DNA of 64,000 nucleotides from Fibrobacteria bacterium (GCA_041746255.1 JBGTHM010000019.1:1-64000); one strand, 5' to 3'; shown: positions 48,572 through 58,291, numbered from the stretch's first letter. Numbers and translations are program-made. The notes: a model not told the origin generated them from the letters alone.

Positions 48572-51511
48572 TTATTCCAGGAAGTAATCTCCCTCACCCG
48601 CCATCAAAGTTATTTCTTCGCCGGTTTTGGCATCGACCCAAATGATGCGGCCGCCTGACTCCTCTTTCAGGGTCACCAGAAAACCGGCTTTCCCCTCCCG
48701 GATTTTCGGAATGACCTGATCTTCGCTGCGCCAGCTCATGCGCTTGCGGTGCGTGACCTTGCGATGAAGCTCTCCTTTGAGGGTGAACTCCTGGACATCC
48801 CGCACATTGACGCCGGAGGTATATAACAGAGTTTTTCCCGAGGGATGGAAACGGAAAAAATGCGTCCGGCTTTTTTCGGTAACAGCTTGTTTCCGCCCCG
48901 AAGCCAGATCCACTTTTTGTACTTCGAAGCGGGAGTCATCGAGTGCTTGGGCCTGGTAGACCAGGCTGCGCCCATCGGGAGCCCATTCAACCGGGCCGCC
49001 AAATGCAGCTTCCTCGGCCAGGGGAACGAAATTGACCGCGCGATTATCCCCCACCCAGATACGGGCGCGGCCCTCCTCTTCTCCTTGGAGAGCCAATTGC
49101 CTGCCGTTCCCATCGAGAGCGAATCCGGAGAGTTTTTCGAAGCGTCCTTGGGTAAGATTGGTGAGTTCGCGGCCTTCCGGGTCGGTAAGAAAAAGATCGA
49201 CCTCCCCATTTTTCCGATACAGGAAGTAAAGCCTATCTTCATGCCACTGGATATGTTCCACCGTTCCGCCGTCCCGGGTCAAGGGGCGCGGCAGCGAGTC
49301 GGCGTGAAAGCGCGCCAGAAAGAGCTCCCCGGTTCCGTTTTGCGCTTCTCCCGCGAATGCGATAAGGCCGCGCCCATGGTTTAGGCGGGGAAGGCGCGGC
49401 TTGAGGCCCGGTGTGGCCAAGCGCCGGGACGAGCCTCGCAGGAGGTTGTATAAGTGCAGTCCGGGCTCTTCACCGGATTCGAGGGAGAGATAGGTGAAAA
49501 ACGGAGAGGAATAGGGATTTTTATCCGGGGGGATTTCCCAATCCTGAAAGGTGAGGACGGCGCTATGCACCAGGGCGGCCACCGTGGGATCGCTTTCTAC
49601 CGATTCATCCAGCGGAATGCGGCGATAGAGATGGGAGGCAAAACGTCCCTCCCCATCGATAAGTAAACTGACATGCCCGATATGGGAGTGTTCGGCCGGA
49701 ACGATGAGGGTACGACCCACTTCGACGGGGCTGGTGAAGATATCCGGACCGGAAAGGATGATAAGGACCAGATTGGGATTGAAGGCCACGATATCCCTGG
49801 CGTTTTGCAAAGTCCCGTTCAGCATCAGGACCCGCGGCGGCGGCTCGCCTTGTGTTCGCTCTTGCGTGCGCTGCTGGATGGCGGTGTTCGCTTCCGTCAG
49901 GTTCCAGTTCCTGACGGTTTCCGGATCCAATCCCTCCGTGTTCAGCGCGCCCCAGGCTTGCAGACGAAGTCCGCTTTTAAAGGTGAAGGTTTTCTCATGA
50001 AGGGGAATCCATTCCTTCTCGACCTCGAAAATCTGTGAATTGAGGAAAGGAAGTTTCGCCCCTTGGAGCGCGGTTTTACCTTGCGCCACTTCGGCAAACC
50101 CCGTATTGAGGGCAGCATAGGGCATTTCCGCATAAGCGGAGTAAATCACTTGCGCCAGTTGGGGACTGGAATGGCGTCCGGTCATCTCGCCCGCGTCCAA
50201 GGCTACGGCGTTGGGATAGAAACTCAGTAGTTCGCGCAATTTGGAAGCGCGTCGCGCCAAACCGCCCTGGGTATGCCCGGAGACCGAATGGGGAAGGAGA
50301 CGACCGGCGGTATTTCCGGTAAAGAAAATGGATATGGAGCGTTGGTTGAGGCGTTCGATTTCGGAGCGGCTTTGTTGGGCCAAGGCATGGGCTTTCCAAT
50401 TGGATGGGTTGAGGGCCAAGGCCTTGCGCGCCGCATGCATGGCTTTGGCGTAATCGCCAGCGCGGAATTCGCGCTCAGCTTTTTCCACCAAGCGCTCGTC
50501 TTCGGGTCGACGCTCGGAACGATGCGAATAGTTCAGGGTGAAAAGATGTTGCCTTCCCAGGGGCCCCAACGCTCTTACACCATAATCGAGAGAGAATTGC
50601 CGGTACATCAATCCAAAACCGGCGCCGAATCCAGCCAATGGACCCAGCTCGGGATCAGCGGTATTGCGGCCATAGCCGGTGCGGATCAGGAGATAAGATC
50701 CCAGGCGTCTTTCCACCCCGCCGTAAAAATGCAGCAAGCCTTCGTTCCCATGGGAGAATCCCGCCGAATAGGACCAATTGGATTCTTCCAGGGTTTTGCC
50801 GACTTCCAGGAAAAGGGTTGCGGGCAGCGGTTCGAGCGGGCCGCTTTCGCGGAAACGGATTCCATGCGAAAGGTTTTGTAGGGAAAGAGCCAGGCGGAGA
50901 TCATAGGCCAGGAAAAACAAGGCGCTGGCGCTGACGGCGTAACCATAAGCCTGCACGTCGGTGATGGCGCTTCTCAGCAGGTCGAGGCGGAGGCCGAAAC
51001 TCATTCTATCGTTTAGAACGCTGCGTCCGTAAGCCAATCCCAGGGCGATGTCGTCGGCGGAAATATCGGTGACGGGCCTTTCGTCGATATCGCGCGCGAA
51101 TTCGAATTCGGTGGCGATTAAGGCGGTGGTGCTTAAGCCCAGGTATCCTTGGCTGCCTAAGGGAGTGGCCAGGGAGAGGTTTTCATGGCGGAATTCACCC
51201 AATAATTCCGCATGGGAGAAGCTGTAATAATATCCCTGGGTGAGCGGCAGGGCGGCAGGGAAGGTGGCGACCAGGGAGGCTTCGCGTTCGGTGGTCAGTG
51301 AACGGCCTCCCATGGAAAGGCCGCGCGCACCCACAGGGAGCTTTAAAAAAGAAAGCGCAGTGGTTCCCGCCCGTTCTCCATCAAAGCCAAGAAATCCGTC
51401 GTATTGTAGCGGCGGCCCGGCCTGAGCGGGCAAGGCGATAAGGTACAGCGCCAGAAATAAGGCTGCGCTGGGGAAGGGTTGCCCACGGCATCTTTTTGTC
51501 AGTGTTGCCAC
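48572..51511 (-). CDS. Multidomain protein: PorV/UPF0164 barrel + TPR + degenerate metallophosphoesterase + TolB-like propeller
   Basis: GTTALSFLKLPVGARGLSMGG; GDYAKA...ALALNP; IFFTGNTAGRLLP..GGLARR..LDAGE; WAPDGRSLVY and FHPSGKTLLY repeats. Start estimated at GTG 51511. Confidence 0.75.
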   Translation of the reverse strand: MATLTKRCRGQPFPSAALFLALYLIALPAQAGPPLQYDGFLGFDGERAGTTALSFLKLPVGARGLSMGGRSLTTEREASLVATFPAALPLTQGYYYSFSHAELLGEFRHENLSLATPLGSQGYLGLSTTALIATEFEFARDIDERPVTDISADDIALGLAYGRSVLNDRMSFGLRLDLLRSAITDVQAYGYAVSASALFFLAYDLRLALSLQNLSHGIRFRESGPLEPLPATLFLEVGKTLEESNWSYSAGFSHGNEGLLHFYGGVERRLGSYLLIRTGYGRNTADPELGPLAGFGAGFGLMYRQFSLDYGVRALGPLGRQHLFTLNYSHRSERRPEDERLVEKAEREFRAGDYAKAMHAARKALALNPSNWKAHALAQQSRSEIERLNQRSISIFFTGNTAGRLLPHSVSGHTQGGLARRASKLRELLSFYPNAVALDAGEMTGRHSSPQLAQVIYSAYAEMPYAALNTGFAEVAQGKTALQGAKLPFLNSQIFEVEKEWIPLHEKTFTFKSGLRLQAWGALNTEGLDPETVRNWNLTEANTAIQQRTQERTQGEPPPRVLMLNGTLQNARDIVAFNPNLVLIILSGPDIFTSPVEVGRTLIVPAEHSHIGHVSLLIDGEGRFASHLYRRIPLDESVESDPTVAALVHSAVLTFQDWEIPPDKNPYSSPFFTYLSLESGEEPGLHLYNLLRGSSRRLATPGLKPRLPRLNHGRGLIAFAGEAQNGTGELFLARFHADSLPRPLTRDGGTVEHIQWHEDRLYFLYRKNGEVDLFLTDPEGRELTNLTQGRFEKLSGFALDGNGRQLALQGEEEGRARIWVGDNRAVNFVPLAEEAAFGGPVEWAPDGRSLVYQAQALDDSRFEVQKVDLASGRKQAVTEKSRTHFFRFHPSGKTLLYTSGVNVRDVQEFTLKGELHRKVTHRKRMSWRSEDQVIPKIREGKAGFLVTLKEESGGRIIWVDAKTGEEITLMAGEGDYFLE

Positions 51512-52470
51512 AAATCGGCATCTTCCCGCCGGCTCCAGAGATCCTTGGCTTCGACCAGCCATTTTTCCGCCGCCGCGAGGGGGACATCGGGTTCGGATTC
51601 GGCCTTGGTTTTCAAGTCGCTTAAAGCCTTGTCCATGAGGCTTAAATGGGATTGGCAACTTTCGGTTTCTCCCAGCCGGAGGTACAAGGCCACGATGAGA
51701 TACAGCAATTGGAATTCGGTGGCGGCGTTTTTCAATTCGCTGGTGCTGTAGCTTTTCAAACAGTATTTCACCGCCTCGCGCAGGGCTTCTTCATCGTCCT
51801 TGCCGATATCGCGCTGCAGGCGGGCGATTTTCAGGTAATACATGCCGGCTTTATACCAGGCGCTGGGCGTTTCCAGGCCCGCCTCAATAACCGCGCGCTG
51901 CGCTGCGAGCTTATAGCTGACCGTCGCCGCCGCAACACCGCGGGGTATTTGGAAAAGTTCGGCCGGATTTTTCAATTCACTCAGTAACTCGCGGCATTTT
52001 GCTTCCTTTTCTTTCAACTCTTTGACCACCCATTGGCTGAGTTGTGACTTGTTTTCAATGCGGGCCTGGATTTGCATGGTGATAAAGTCGCGTTTATCCG
52101 GAGAGGCCAGTAAACAGGTGGGGCATACCGTTACTGCGTAGAGACTGAAGTCCAGGGTTTTGAATCCTTTCAATCCCTGATAGCGGGGCACGAGAAATTT
52201 GTCCAGGGTCATCAGCATCGATTTGGATTTTAATTCATAGCAGGGGATATCGGCCTGTCCGCAAACCGGGCATTTGACGTTGATCCGGTATAAGGGATCG
52301 TCGGCGCTTCCGGCTTGAACTCCGACGGGGCGGGTAGCCTTGTCTTTGATGGTCTGCACCCATTTCATGTCCAACTTGGGACCATAGGCCTTAAGGTAGG
52401 CAACGACCAGGGCCTCATCGCGCAAGAGCACTTCCAGTTTCTTGCGTACCAGTTTATCGTCCAATGCCAT
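51499..52470 (-). CDS. DUF2225-like zinc-finger/TPR protein
   Basis: CPVC, Y.VTVCPTC..AS, SYKLA, YLKIA.L.R and helical C-terminus. AGGA precedes ATG 52470. Confidence 0.75.
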   Translation of the reverse strand: MALDDKLVRKKLEVLLRDEALVVAYLKAYGPKLDMKWVQTIKDKATRPVGVQAGSADDPLYRINVKCPVCGQADIPCYELKSKSMLMTLDKFLVPRYQGLKGFKTLDFSLYAVTVCPTCLLASPDKRDFITMQIQARIENKSQLSQWVVKELKEKEAKCRELLSELKNPAELFQIPRGVAAATVSYKLAAQRAVIEAGLETPSAWYKAGMYYLKIARLQRDIGKDDEEALREAVKYCLKSYSTSELKNAATEFQLLYLIVALYLRLGETESCQSHLSLMDKALSDLKTKAESEPDVPLAAAEKWLVEAKDLWSRREDADLWQH

Positions 52471-52560
52471 GTCAGTCCTTTTCGGCCTCATTACCGGAGG
52501 GTGCGATGTCGCTTCCCTCACCGGCAAGTCGGGCGGTTGGTTTAAGTATTTTTCCAGTCC

Positions 52561-53625
52561 ATGCGAGCGAGCGCGCCCCATCATTATCCCACTTGGCCCA
52601 AGGTTTTTTCAATTTTTTGCAGGTCTTTCGCTTTCCCGCTAAATGCGCTGTATTTCGTCTTTTCCGGCCTTAACCGGCAATTCTTGCGAATGGGAAGCCA
52701 AGGCGCCTTGCCGATGAATCCACCGATGATTGTGGTGGGAGCCCTGCGGACGGGCGGTTCCGGAAAAACCAGCGTAGCCATGGCCCTGGGCCGGCATTTT
52801 CAGGCGCAAGGAATGCGGGTGGCCATTTTGGCTTATTGGATGAAAGAGCCGCGCTTGCGGGGGCTTGTTCCGGGTTCCTCAATCTTGAGCTCACCTTTGT
52901 TTGAATTAAAGGATGGAATGGTTTGGCGGGAAGCTTCCGACGAAGCCCTATTGATACAGCGCAAGATTGGAGCGCCGGTTTTTCTCACGCGGAATCGATG
53001 GGCGGCCTGGAAGGAGTTGGAAAAATGCGGTACTGGGTCGGGGGATGGGCCAGGTGGTATGGACTTCGATGTGGTGGTTTCGGACGATGGCTTCCAGGAT
53101 GTGCGGCTAAAAGGAGCTTTCCACCTGCTTTTACGAAAACCCGGGGAGAAGGTTCGCTACCGGGATTTGTTGCCCGCCGGGAATTTCCGCGAGGGAGAGA
53201 GCGCGGCCGGCCGCGCACATTGCGTGGCCTGGGAGTGGGAAGAAGAAGAGTTCAACGAGGAGGGCTACGGTTTTTGCCGGGAGCTGAGCTTTCCCGACGG
53301 CGTGGTTGGGAAGGTGGGAGTAATCTGCGGGCTTCCCCAACCCGATATTTTCGTGGAGGCGCTGGAGAAAAAAGGATTAAGGGTGGAGGCGTTGTTGCGG
53401 GGGCAGAACCATTGCGCTTTCGAACCCAAGAGGCTGGAGCGATTCTTGAACCAGTGGGGGCATTTACCGCTTTTATGCAGTGAGAAAGATTGGGAGAAAC
53501 TGCCTGCTTACGCCAAACCACAGGTAAGTTCCGTGACGCAGGAGATTCGTCTCAGCCGGGCTTTGCTGAGGCTTGTGGATGAGGCCGTCGTGGCAAGTCC
53601 GCTCCGGCGATGTTTGGTACATTAG
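52561..53625 (+). CDS. lpxK: Tetraacyldisaccharide 4'-kinase (divergent)
   Basis: VVG..TGGSGKT, DE, DDGFQ, LLPAG.FRE and SEKD..KL motifs. Confidence 0.85.
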   Translation: MRASAPHHYPTWPKVFSIFCRSFAFPLNALYFVFSGLNRQFLRMGSQGALPMNPPMIVVGALRTGGSGKTSVAMALGRHFQAQGMRVAILAYWMKEPRLRGLVPGSSILSSPLFELKDGMVWREASDEALLIQRKIGAPVFLTRNRWAAWKELEKCGTGSGDGPGGMDFDVVVSDDGFQDVRLKGAFHLLLRKPGEKVRYRDLLPAGNFREGESAAGRAHCVAWEWEEEEFNEEGYGFCRELSFPDGVVGKVGVICGLPQPDIFVEALEKKGLRVEALLRGQNHCAFEPKRLERFLNQWGHLPLLCSEKDWEKLPAYAKPQVSSVTQEIRLSRALLRLVDEAVVASPLRRCLVH

Positions 53626-53635
53626 AACCCGGTTT

Positions 53636-55885
53636 ATGAAGAAGCTGCAAAAATTCGGTTTTTGGCTGGTTTTGGCGACGCTGTATTCGACCGCTTATCC
53701 CTATGTGGGAAAGTGGCGCAGCTATACCAACCTAAGCCCAGTCACTGTCCTTATGGAATACCAGGGACAGGTCTACGCCGGTACGCCCGGCGGCATTCGC
53801 CGCATCAATCCGGTCGATTTGACGGAAAAAACCTACGACAATCTGGACGGCCTGTTGGACGTGAACATCGAGGGGCTGGCCGTAACCGAGGATGGCCAAT
53901 TGTGGGCGGCGTCACGTGATGGTTACCTGGCGAGGCTCGAGGGAGAACGGTGGCGTACCTACGGGCGCAGCTATGCCGCCGCCAATTGGAAGATCAGCCG
54001 TCAGGCCTTCCTGGCGGCCGGCCGGTATCTGGTGCTGGGCAGCGACAAGGGGCTGAGTTTTTTTGATATCGAGAACCTACGCGCCGAAGTGAATGTCGAC
54101 CGTTTCGGAGCTTTGGGACAGGGTCCGGTTCATTCGCTATTGCGCAAGGGCGATACGCTTTTCGTGGGAAAAGAGAACGGCGTGGTAAAGGCGGCGGTGG
54201 ATTTTTCCGCTATTTTGTCGGATCGTTTTACCAGCGTTTTTGATCCGGGTATCTGGACGGAAACGCAGGTGGTATCCATCCCGGTGGTCTCTCCGGTACC
54301 GGTTGATACTCTGGATCCGGATACAGGCGATGGTGGCGGAGAAGTGGTTGCCGACACTTTGAAACCGCTGTATCGCCACCTTTATTTCGAGCAGGGTAAA
54401 TTGCATGCGGGTGATTTGGGAGCTACCCTGCAGGCTCCTGTTTACGTTCGGGCGGTTAGGGGACTGCCGTTGGTGGTGGGGGATACGGCATTATCGGAAT
54501 TTGACGTGTTCAGTTCGGCGGCAATTGCTGGAAATCGGCTCTTCCTGGGGGTGCCTTGGGGAGTCTTCGTTCTAAATGAATGGTCGAAGGTCGAAAGGAC
54601 GAATCTTTTTGGACTCAAGAATCCTTCGGAGTTCCCCTCCGATACTTTGGGGGGGGTGGCCGTAAACGGGTCACGGGTTATGGCAGTGGGAAAGTGGGGG
54701 TTGTATAGTTTGGAAGGTAAGGATTGGGTCAGGCAGCAGGAGAGTTTCATTCAATTTCCGTTTATTGATATGTTTGCTCGGAACCTGAAAAGCCTAGCAC
54801 AGGACAGAGATGGAAACACATTCGTTGGCTCATGGGGGTTCGGGCTGGGCCAGTTTAATGGGGGAACGGAAGAAAAATATTGGCATTCGACAAACTCATG
54901 TTTGGAGGGTGTACCCGGCGTTGAAGAGGGGAGATACACCGTTATCAGCTCCGTGAGCAATATACGCGGGGAGAATCTTTGGATGGTAAATATGCAGGCA
55001 GAGTTGTCTGAAAGCCATTCCCTGGTGAATCTGAATATCAAAACAGGTAACATCAATTGTTTTTCGGGGCTGGGTGTCGATGGCCATGTCCGCGCCATAC
55101 GTATCCTCTCAGACACGCTTTTTGCTGAAGCCACACGCGATAACGGTGTTTTCGTGTATAGTTTCGATCCCGATTATCCAGCTACCGCACCCAACCTTAT
55201 TAAGAAGGTGTCGGCTCCCGAAGGAGCCAATAGCGCTTGGGACGTGTCTGCCGATAGGTTTCAACGGCTATGGTTTTTAATGGATGATCGACTGGCTTAT
55301 ATAGATGATCTAACCACGCTTAGTAGCAGCACTGAATTGGATATTAAAAATGACGAGACATTCGGTGGCCGTGATTGCAAAATTATGGAGCCAGACGCAC
55401 TGGGAAATTTTTGGATTGGCTGCGCAAATGGACTTTTTCATTTCAAGCCTTCGGATAAGGGTAGTAAGCCCATCAGTAGGAGATATACTCAGGACGATGG
55501 CTTATTGGACAACGCGATTCGTACCCTCGCCGTCAACCAATCGAATGGAGAAGTTTGGATTGGGACGGATAAAGGTATCAGTGTGTTTCATAGCCCGGGC
55601 CGTGCTCCAGAGGCTGACCTAAAAAGGACCAAGGTCTACCCGAATCCTTTTCGTCCACAGCATTCCCAAGTCATTTTTGATCAGCTTGCGGCGGGATCCA
55701 CCCTGCAGATTCTGACCCAGGCGGGCTATGTGGTACGTCATTTTTCTGCGAGTGAAATTCTCGGTAACCAATTTCAATGGGACGGTACCAATCAGTCCGG
55801 AAAGCGCGTTACGCCGGGAATCTACCTTTACAACATAGAAGCGAATGGCAAGGTCAGTCGAGGCAAACTCATTATTGCGCGCTGA
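53636..55885 (+). CDS. PorZ-like beta-propeller protein with FlgD-Ig/T9SS C-terminal domain
   Basis: VGKWRSY N-terminus; propeller repeats (DALGNFWIG, GEVWIGTDKGIS); VYPNPF..WDGTN..G..V.PGIY C-terminus. Confidence 0.82.
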   Translation: MKKLQKFGFWLVLATLYSTAYPYVGKWRSYTNLSPVTVLMEYQGQVYAGTPGGIRRINPVDLTEKTYDNLDGLLDVNIEGLAVTEDGQLWAASRDGYLARLEGERWRTYGRSYAAANWKISRQAFLAAGRYLVLGSDKGLSFFDIENLRAEVNVDRFGALGQGPVHSLLRKGDTLFVGKENGVVKAAVDFSAILSDRFTSVFDPGIWTETQVVSIPVVSPVPVDTLDPDTGDGGGEVVADTLKPLYRHLYFEQGKLHAGDLGATLQAPVYVRAVRGLPLVVGDTALSEFDVFSSAAIAGNRLFLGVPWGVFVLNEWSKVERTNLFGLKNPSEFPSDTLGGVAVNGSRVMAVGKWGLYSLEGKDWVRQQESFIQFPFIDMFARNLKSLAQDRDGNTFVGSWGFGLGQFNGGTEEKYWHSTNSCLEGVPGVEEGRYTVISSVSNIRGENLWMVNMQAELSESHSLVNLNIKTGNINCFSGLGVDGHVRAIRILSDTLFAEATRDNGVFVYSFDPDYPATAPNLIKKVSAPEGANSAWDVSADRFQRLWFLMDDRLAYIDDLTTLSSSTELDIKNDETFGGRDCKIMEPDALGNFWIGCANGLFHFKPSDKGSKPISRRYTQDDGLLDNAIRTLAVNQSNGEVWIGTDKGISVFHSPGRAPEADLKRTKVYPNPFRPQHSQVIFDQLAAGSTLQILTQAGYVVRHFSASEILGNQFQWDGTNQSGKRVTPGIYLYNIEANGKVSRGKLIIAR

Positions 55886-56608
55886 CTTTTTAGGTCGTTA
55901 AGAGTTAGTGGAGGGTGATAGACCGAATGGGTTTTGAAGAAGGTCACCGTTTCCCCTTAAAGATTTGTCAATGGGGCTTTCTTCGCTTCTGTAACTTCAA
56001 ACGATTTTATTAGAAACCAGAATGATGAACAGAGAGATTTGGAGGTCGATTCTTTTCCCTCTACGCTTTCATGGACTTATACAGCAGAATATTCGTGACC
56101 CCTTCAGTAGAGATACGGGAGGGCGATCTTTTAGCCAATACAATTGAAAGATGGATTTCCGATCCCTCGTGATAGACAGTTCATTCGGATTATGGGAGTA
56201 CGATAAAACACGCGGAATTTATGAAAATGTTGACGCAACCTAAGAGAGCCGAGACACGAAGCAGTCAGCATGGCAGCGATAAAATGCATTTATAAAAAGT
56301 ATATTCACAACCTTTAAAAGCCGCATGACCTACCCGGAAAGCATTGGTAAAGGTCCGTGGGTAACATGCAAGCCGCTTGGGAAACCGAAAGTAACCATTT
56401 ATAATCCCAGGTCCGGTAAAGTTGCGCTGGGGGTTTAAAAAAAAATTAAAGTATGATTGTATACCCGATTTTTCGCTTGAGACCCTCAGCCCCTCCAAAA
56501 TTCTTTCGCCTTCCGCCCCGTCCCATCAGCCAGGAATCGGGATTGGACGACGCTTTCGACTTTTTGTGCGTCGCAGCGCCCAGCCCTTTCCGCAAAATGC
56601 GCCCAGGC

Positions 56609-57901
56609 TTATTGGAGGAGGATGGGGGTCACCACGATTGGCACCACATTGGGAGTGAGGTGCAGCACGTGCAGGCCGGTCGCCATGTCTGAAACCAAGA
56701 TTCGATCGTTCCCTAGAAATGGATCCACGCCCCAATATCCCCGATAGGGCGCCAATGAACTATTCGAAAGAATTGGGTTTTTATACACATCATGGCTGCC
56801 AACCTTCACTGGCACGCGCGGATTCGTGATGTCGAAAACCTGCAGCCCCTCCGTGTACCAAGACACGTAAAGGTGATTGCCCATGACGACCGGGTTATGA
56901 GGGACAACCCGTGGATCCGTGATGCCCGCGGCGGCCGGGGTGATTTCCCCTACCTTGGTCGGCGCAGCCTTGCCGTTGAGCTTCAGGATCTGCACCCCGG
57001 CGCCTTCCGTCTCCCTGGTGACGTAAACGTGTATGCCGTCGTCGGCAATCCAATTGGTATGTGTCTTGGAACCCGTCTCCAGACCCCCCAGAAAAAGGGG
57101 ATTCGAGGCGGAGGCACCTGAAATGTGGCCGCGGCCTACATCGTATACCAGCGTCGCTCCTGAGGCCGGCAGGCTACCCGGATATGGGTCTGAGCAGGAA
57201 AGGACCATGATGCCACCCTTGACGGAGAGATCGTGGACTCCGAACTGCTTCGACCCCAGGCTAGCTACAATGGTCCGTACATAAGTGGGCTTTTCCGGCA
57301 CACCCTTGGTGGCCCAACGGAAAACCCGCAGCTTGGGAGTAGTCCAATGCATGAGATACACGAAATCACCGTTCATCCACACGTTATGGACGGCGCCATC
57401 GCATTCCAAACCTGGGGTCGCATTACAATTCATCCCAGGATAGATGCGATGCAAGGTAATCGGGTTCGATGGTGCACGGAAATCGACGATGAAGACTCCG
57501 CCGCCGTTATCGCTGGATATGGCACCGTAACCAGCGGCATTGACCTGCACATCTGCGAGATCAGTGGCAGCTGGGCCTCCTCCTCCCCAATACCAACGAC
57601 CGGCACGTATTGGCTTTGCAGGATCAGTCACATCAATCACGTCCACCCCAACCGAAATAACGCCATTGTTCTGCCCCAGCAAGGCGTAGTACTTGCCATT
57701 GCGACGCATCGACCAGACGTCGGCATAGTAGACATCATTAACTTTGAGGGGATCCAACCAGCTACCCTTGCGCCAAACCCGTCCTTTCGATTCATCGATG
57801 CGGATATAATCTAACTTGGCGAATTCCGGTTCTATGTGGGCACCTACGGCGACGGCCATGACAGTCAGGAATGCCGCTCCCCGGGCAAAGTATTTGATCA
57901 T
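56609..57901 (-). CDS. Secreted LVIVD-repeat beta-propeller protein
   Basis: Signal peptide; VDVIDVTDP, FIVDF, VHN, HD, HT, HN, SWY.EGLQVFDITNP, WGV and SD..TGL motifs. Confidence 0.82.
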   Translation of the reverse strand: MIKYFARGAAFLTVMAVAVGAHIEPEFAKLDYIRIDESKGRVWRKGSWLDPLKVNDVYYADVWSMRRNGKYYALLGQNNGVISVGVDVIDVTDPAKPIRAGRWYWGGGGPAATDLADVQVNAAGYGAISSDNGGGVFIVDFRAPSNPITLHRIYPGMNCNATPGLECDGAVHNVWMNGDFVYLMHWTTPKLRVFRWATKGVPEKPTYVRTIVASLGSKQFGVHDLSVKGGIMVLSCSDPYPGSLPASGATLVYDVGRGHISGASASNPLFLGGLETGSKTHTNWIADDGIHVYVTRETEGAGVQILKLNGKAAPTKVGEITPAAAGITDPRVVPHNPVVMGNHLYVSWYTEGLQVFDITNPRVPVKVGSHDVYKNPILSNSSLAPYRGYWGVDPFLGNDRILVSDMATGLHVLHLTPNVVPIVVTPILLQ

Positions 57902-57934
57902 TTTGGTTCCTCGCAGTTGTATTGGCGGTTTCGA

Positions 57935-58291
57935 TCAGGGAGCGATATCGACGCTATTGATATTCCAATGCTTATAGCGGCAGCCGGAAGTGGATTCCCC
58001 GCGCTTGGTAGTAACATAGACATTCACGGGTTTGCCTGAAGCCTTGGCAGATAGTAGGACCGAAAATGCGTTTTTGCCTCTAAGCGTCGTTGCATCGAAA
58101 AAAAATGAGTCGTCACCGCTGCATCCGCCGTGCACCCGCTCGTTCCCCAGGCTGAACGCCACTAGGTTGTCATTGAGATAGGTGCGGATCTCGTTCACGG
58201 TGCCTGTTTGATAAGTGTTAGGATTGACTGTAGTGGCCTGGGCTTCAAATAGGGCAGATCCAAAGAGTATGAGAGTCAGGAGTTTCTTCAT
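57935..58291 (-). CDS. Small secreted hypothetical protein with one Cys pair
   Basis: MKKLL signal peptide; GCS...FSVLLSAKASGKPV.V...C pattern; co-oriented 33 bp upstream of the LVIVD gene. Confidence 0.72.
   Translation of the reverse strand: MKKLLTLILFGSALFEAQATTVNPNTYQTGTVNEIRTYLNDNLVAFSLGNERVHGGCSGDDSFFFDATTLRGKNAFSVLLSAKASGKPVNVYVTTKRGESTSGCRYKHWNINSVDIAP

Noticed and set aside
51512..51658. N-terminal extensions in the ORF track (also fmt from 23007, 25364, 52584, 53573)
   Set aside because: They overlap neighbouring genes; downstream starts fit the family N-termini better.
55920..56210. Possible decayed gene with several stops
   Set aside because: No recognisable homology by eye.
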